A DNA stretch of 64,000 nt from Schmidtea nova (Eukaryota), in contig CM097883.1 in NCBI GenBank assembly GCA_044892505.1, forward strand, positions 377,270,001 through 377,334,000, given 5' to 3'. The position numbers and the translations under genes were made by a program. The notes below the pieces were generated by a model that was not told the origin of the DNA, searched no databases, and saw only the letters and a program-made list of their open reading frames with translations. This document shows, piece after piece, positions 63,085 through 64,000 of the stretch. Each line of letters begins with the position of its first letter. Positions within the stretch are counted from its first letter, which is position 1.

Positions 63085-64000
63085 NNNNNNNNNNNNNNNN
63101 NNNNNNNNNNNNNNNNNNNNNNNNNNNNNNNNNNNNNNNNNNNNNNNNNNNNNNNNNNNNNNNNNNNNNNNNNNNNNNNNNNNNNNNNNNNNNNNNNNNN
63201 NNNNNNNNNNNNNNNNNNNNNNNNNNNNNNNNNNNNNNNNNNNNNNNNNNNNACAATGTAAATAATCTGTCTTATCTTGAAGTTGATTTATGTGTATGAG
63301 TACTGCTAATAACAGGTTTAATGCAAGTGACTCTAGAGCTCTAGCATAATTTAGTAGAGTATAATAAACTAAAACTAATCACTAGTCACTAGTCAGCACC
63401 TTACATGGAACGCCATAGGATGGGTCATGATTTAGTTAAATGTATTTTTCTTTATTACTTTTAGCCTTCAGATGAGATTGGAAGTGAAAAGAAAGAGAAT
63501 AACAATCTGTAAGTAAGCACACCAAGAGGAAACATACAAACGACAGGATGAAAGGAGTCTTAAAATACCAATTCAGGATTGCGAGGATAGTTACTTTTCG
63601 CCAAACTTTGTGCATGAAATACAACAAAGACTGATGAAAGTAAAGCAAGCGAAGGGATCTAAAATTGGAACTAATTATAATCTTATTAGAGTTACAGATT
63701 TGTAGGAAAGCAATAACCAACTCGCTCGTTGACAGAAACCTCATCAAAAATATTGGACTGATAACATTCGAAAGATGGTACCCCAAAGTCAAATCATTAT
63801 CATCACACCTGAGAGCTTCCGAGGTACAGACTGAGATAGACGCGATAGTATCCAAGCGCCATCAATTGAGCGAGAGACATGTCGAATACCTCAACAGATT
63901 GTACTAATTAGACTTATTAGCCGAAGTAGTGCACATCTAAATAGTGTTGTATCTTCTAAAATAATAAATGAATTATAGTGTATTGTCTTGGAGTTCATTT

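Noticed and set aside
263-63299. ORFs containing X runs
   Set aside because: They are open only because N bases lack stop codons.
63436-63907. Possible Penelope N-terminal ORF next to an HHR palindrome (similar idea for 27304-27495)
   Set aside because: No recognisable RT or endonuclease motif within the window.
1-64000. rRNA, tRNA, spliced-leader or telomeric repeats; prokaryotic operons
   Set aside because: None recognised by eye. Covariance-model scans were not possible, so small RNAs may have been missed.

Overview
Scaffolded, very AT-rich eukaryotic (animal) DNA with 11 N-gaps, short GT-AG introns (44-88 nt) and TE-bloated long introns. The host could be a flatworm-like invertebrate, but the taxon cannot be determined from this window. 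Genes, all reconstructed by hand: (1) the last two exons of an acidic protein gene (1280-2408); (2) a complete 10-exon merlin/NF2-like FERM gene (2653-26366, 772 aa) that the ORF track largely misses, with large insertions in the FERM domain and a replaced C-tail; (3) a probable single-pass Ig-domain receptor (41778-55867) with a Tyr-motif-rich tail. Mobile DNA: Merlin/IS1595, mariner, Tc1 and IS630-like transposons, hAT (Buster/Charlie) remnants and MITEs, a degenerate Gypsy provirus with a tRNA-Ser PBS, four solo LTRs and a Penelope GIY-YIG fragment. There are also minisatellites and intronless host-gene fragments (LMAN2/VIP36, CYRI/FAM49, actin, 5'-nucleotidase). The most striking unexplained structure is a 130-150 bp repeat that begins with a minimal type-I hammerhead-ribozyme-like motif (ACAC-UUGAUAA-A-GGC/GCC-GAA-AUAU-U-GUGU, with a U3:A8 covariation). 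It has 11 near-complete copies, mostly in head-to-head palindromes, and one copy sits directly downstream of the Penelope ORF. At 50.7-51.5 kb the copies form an array that would give ~300-nt rod-like units with a ribozyme on both strands. No rRNA, tRNA or CRISPR was seen. All homology calls are from motif recognition, not database searches.
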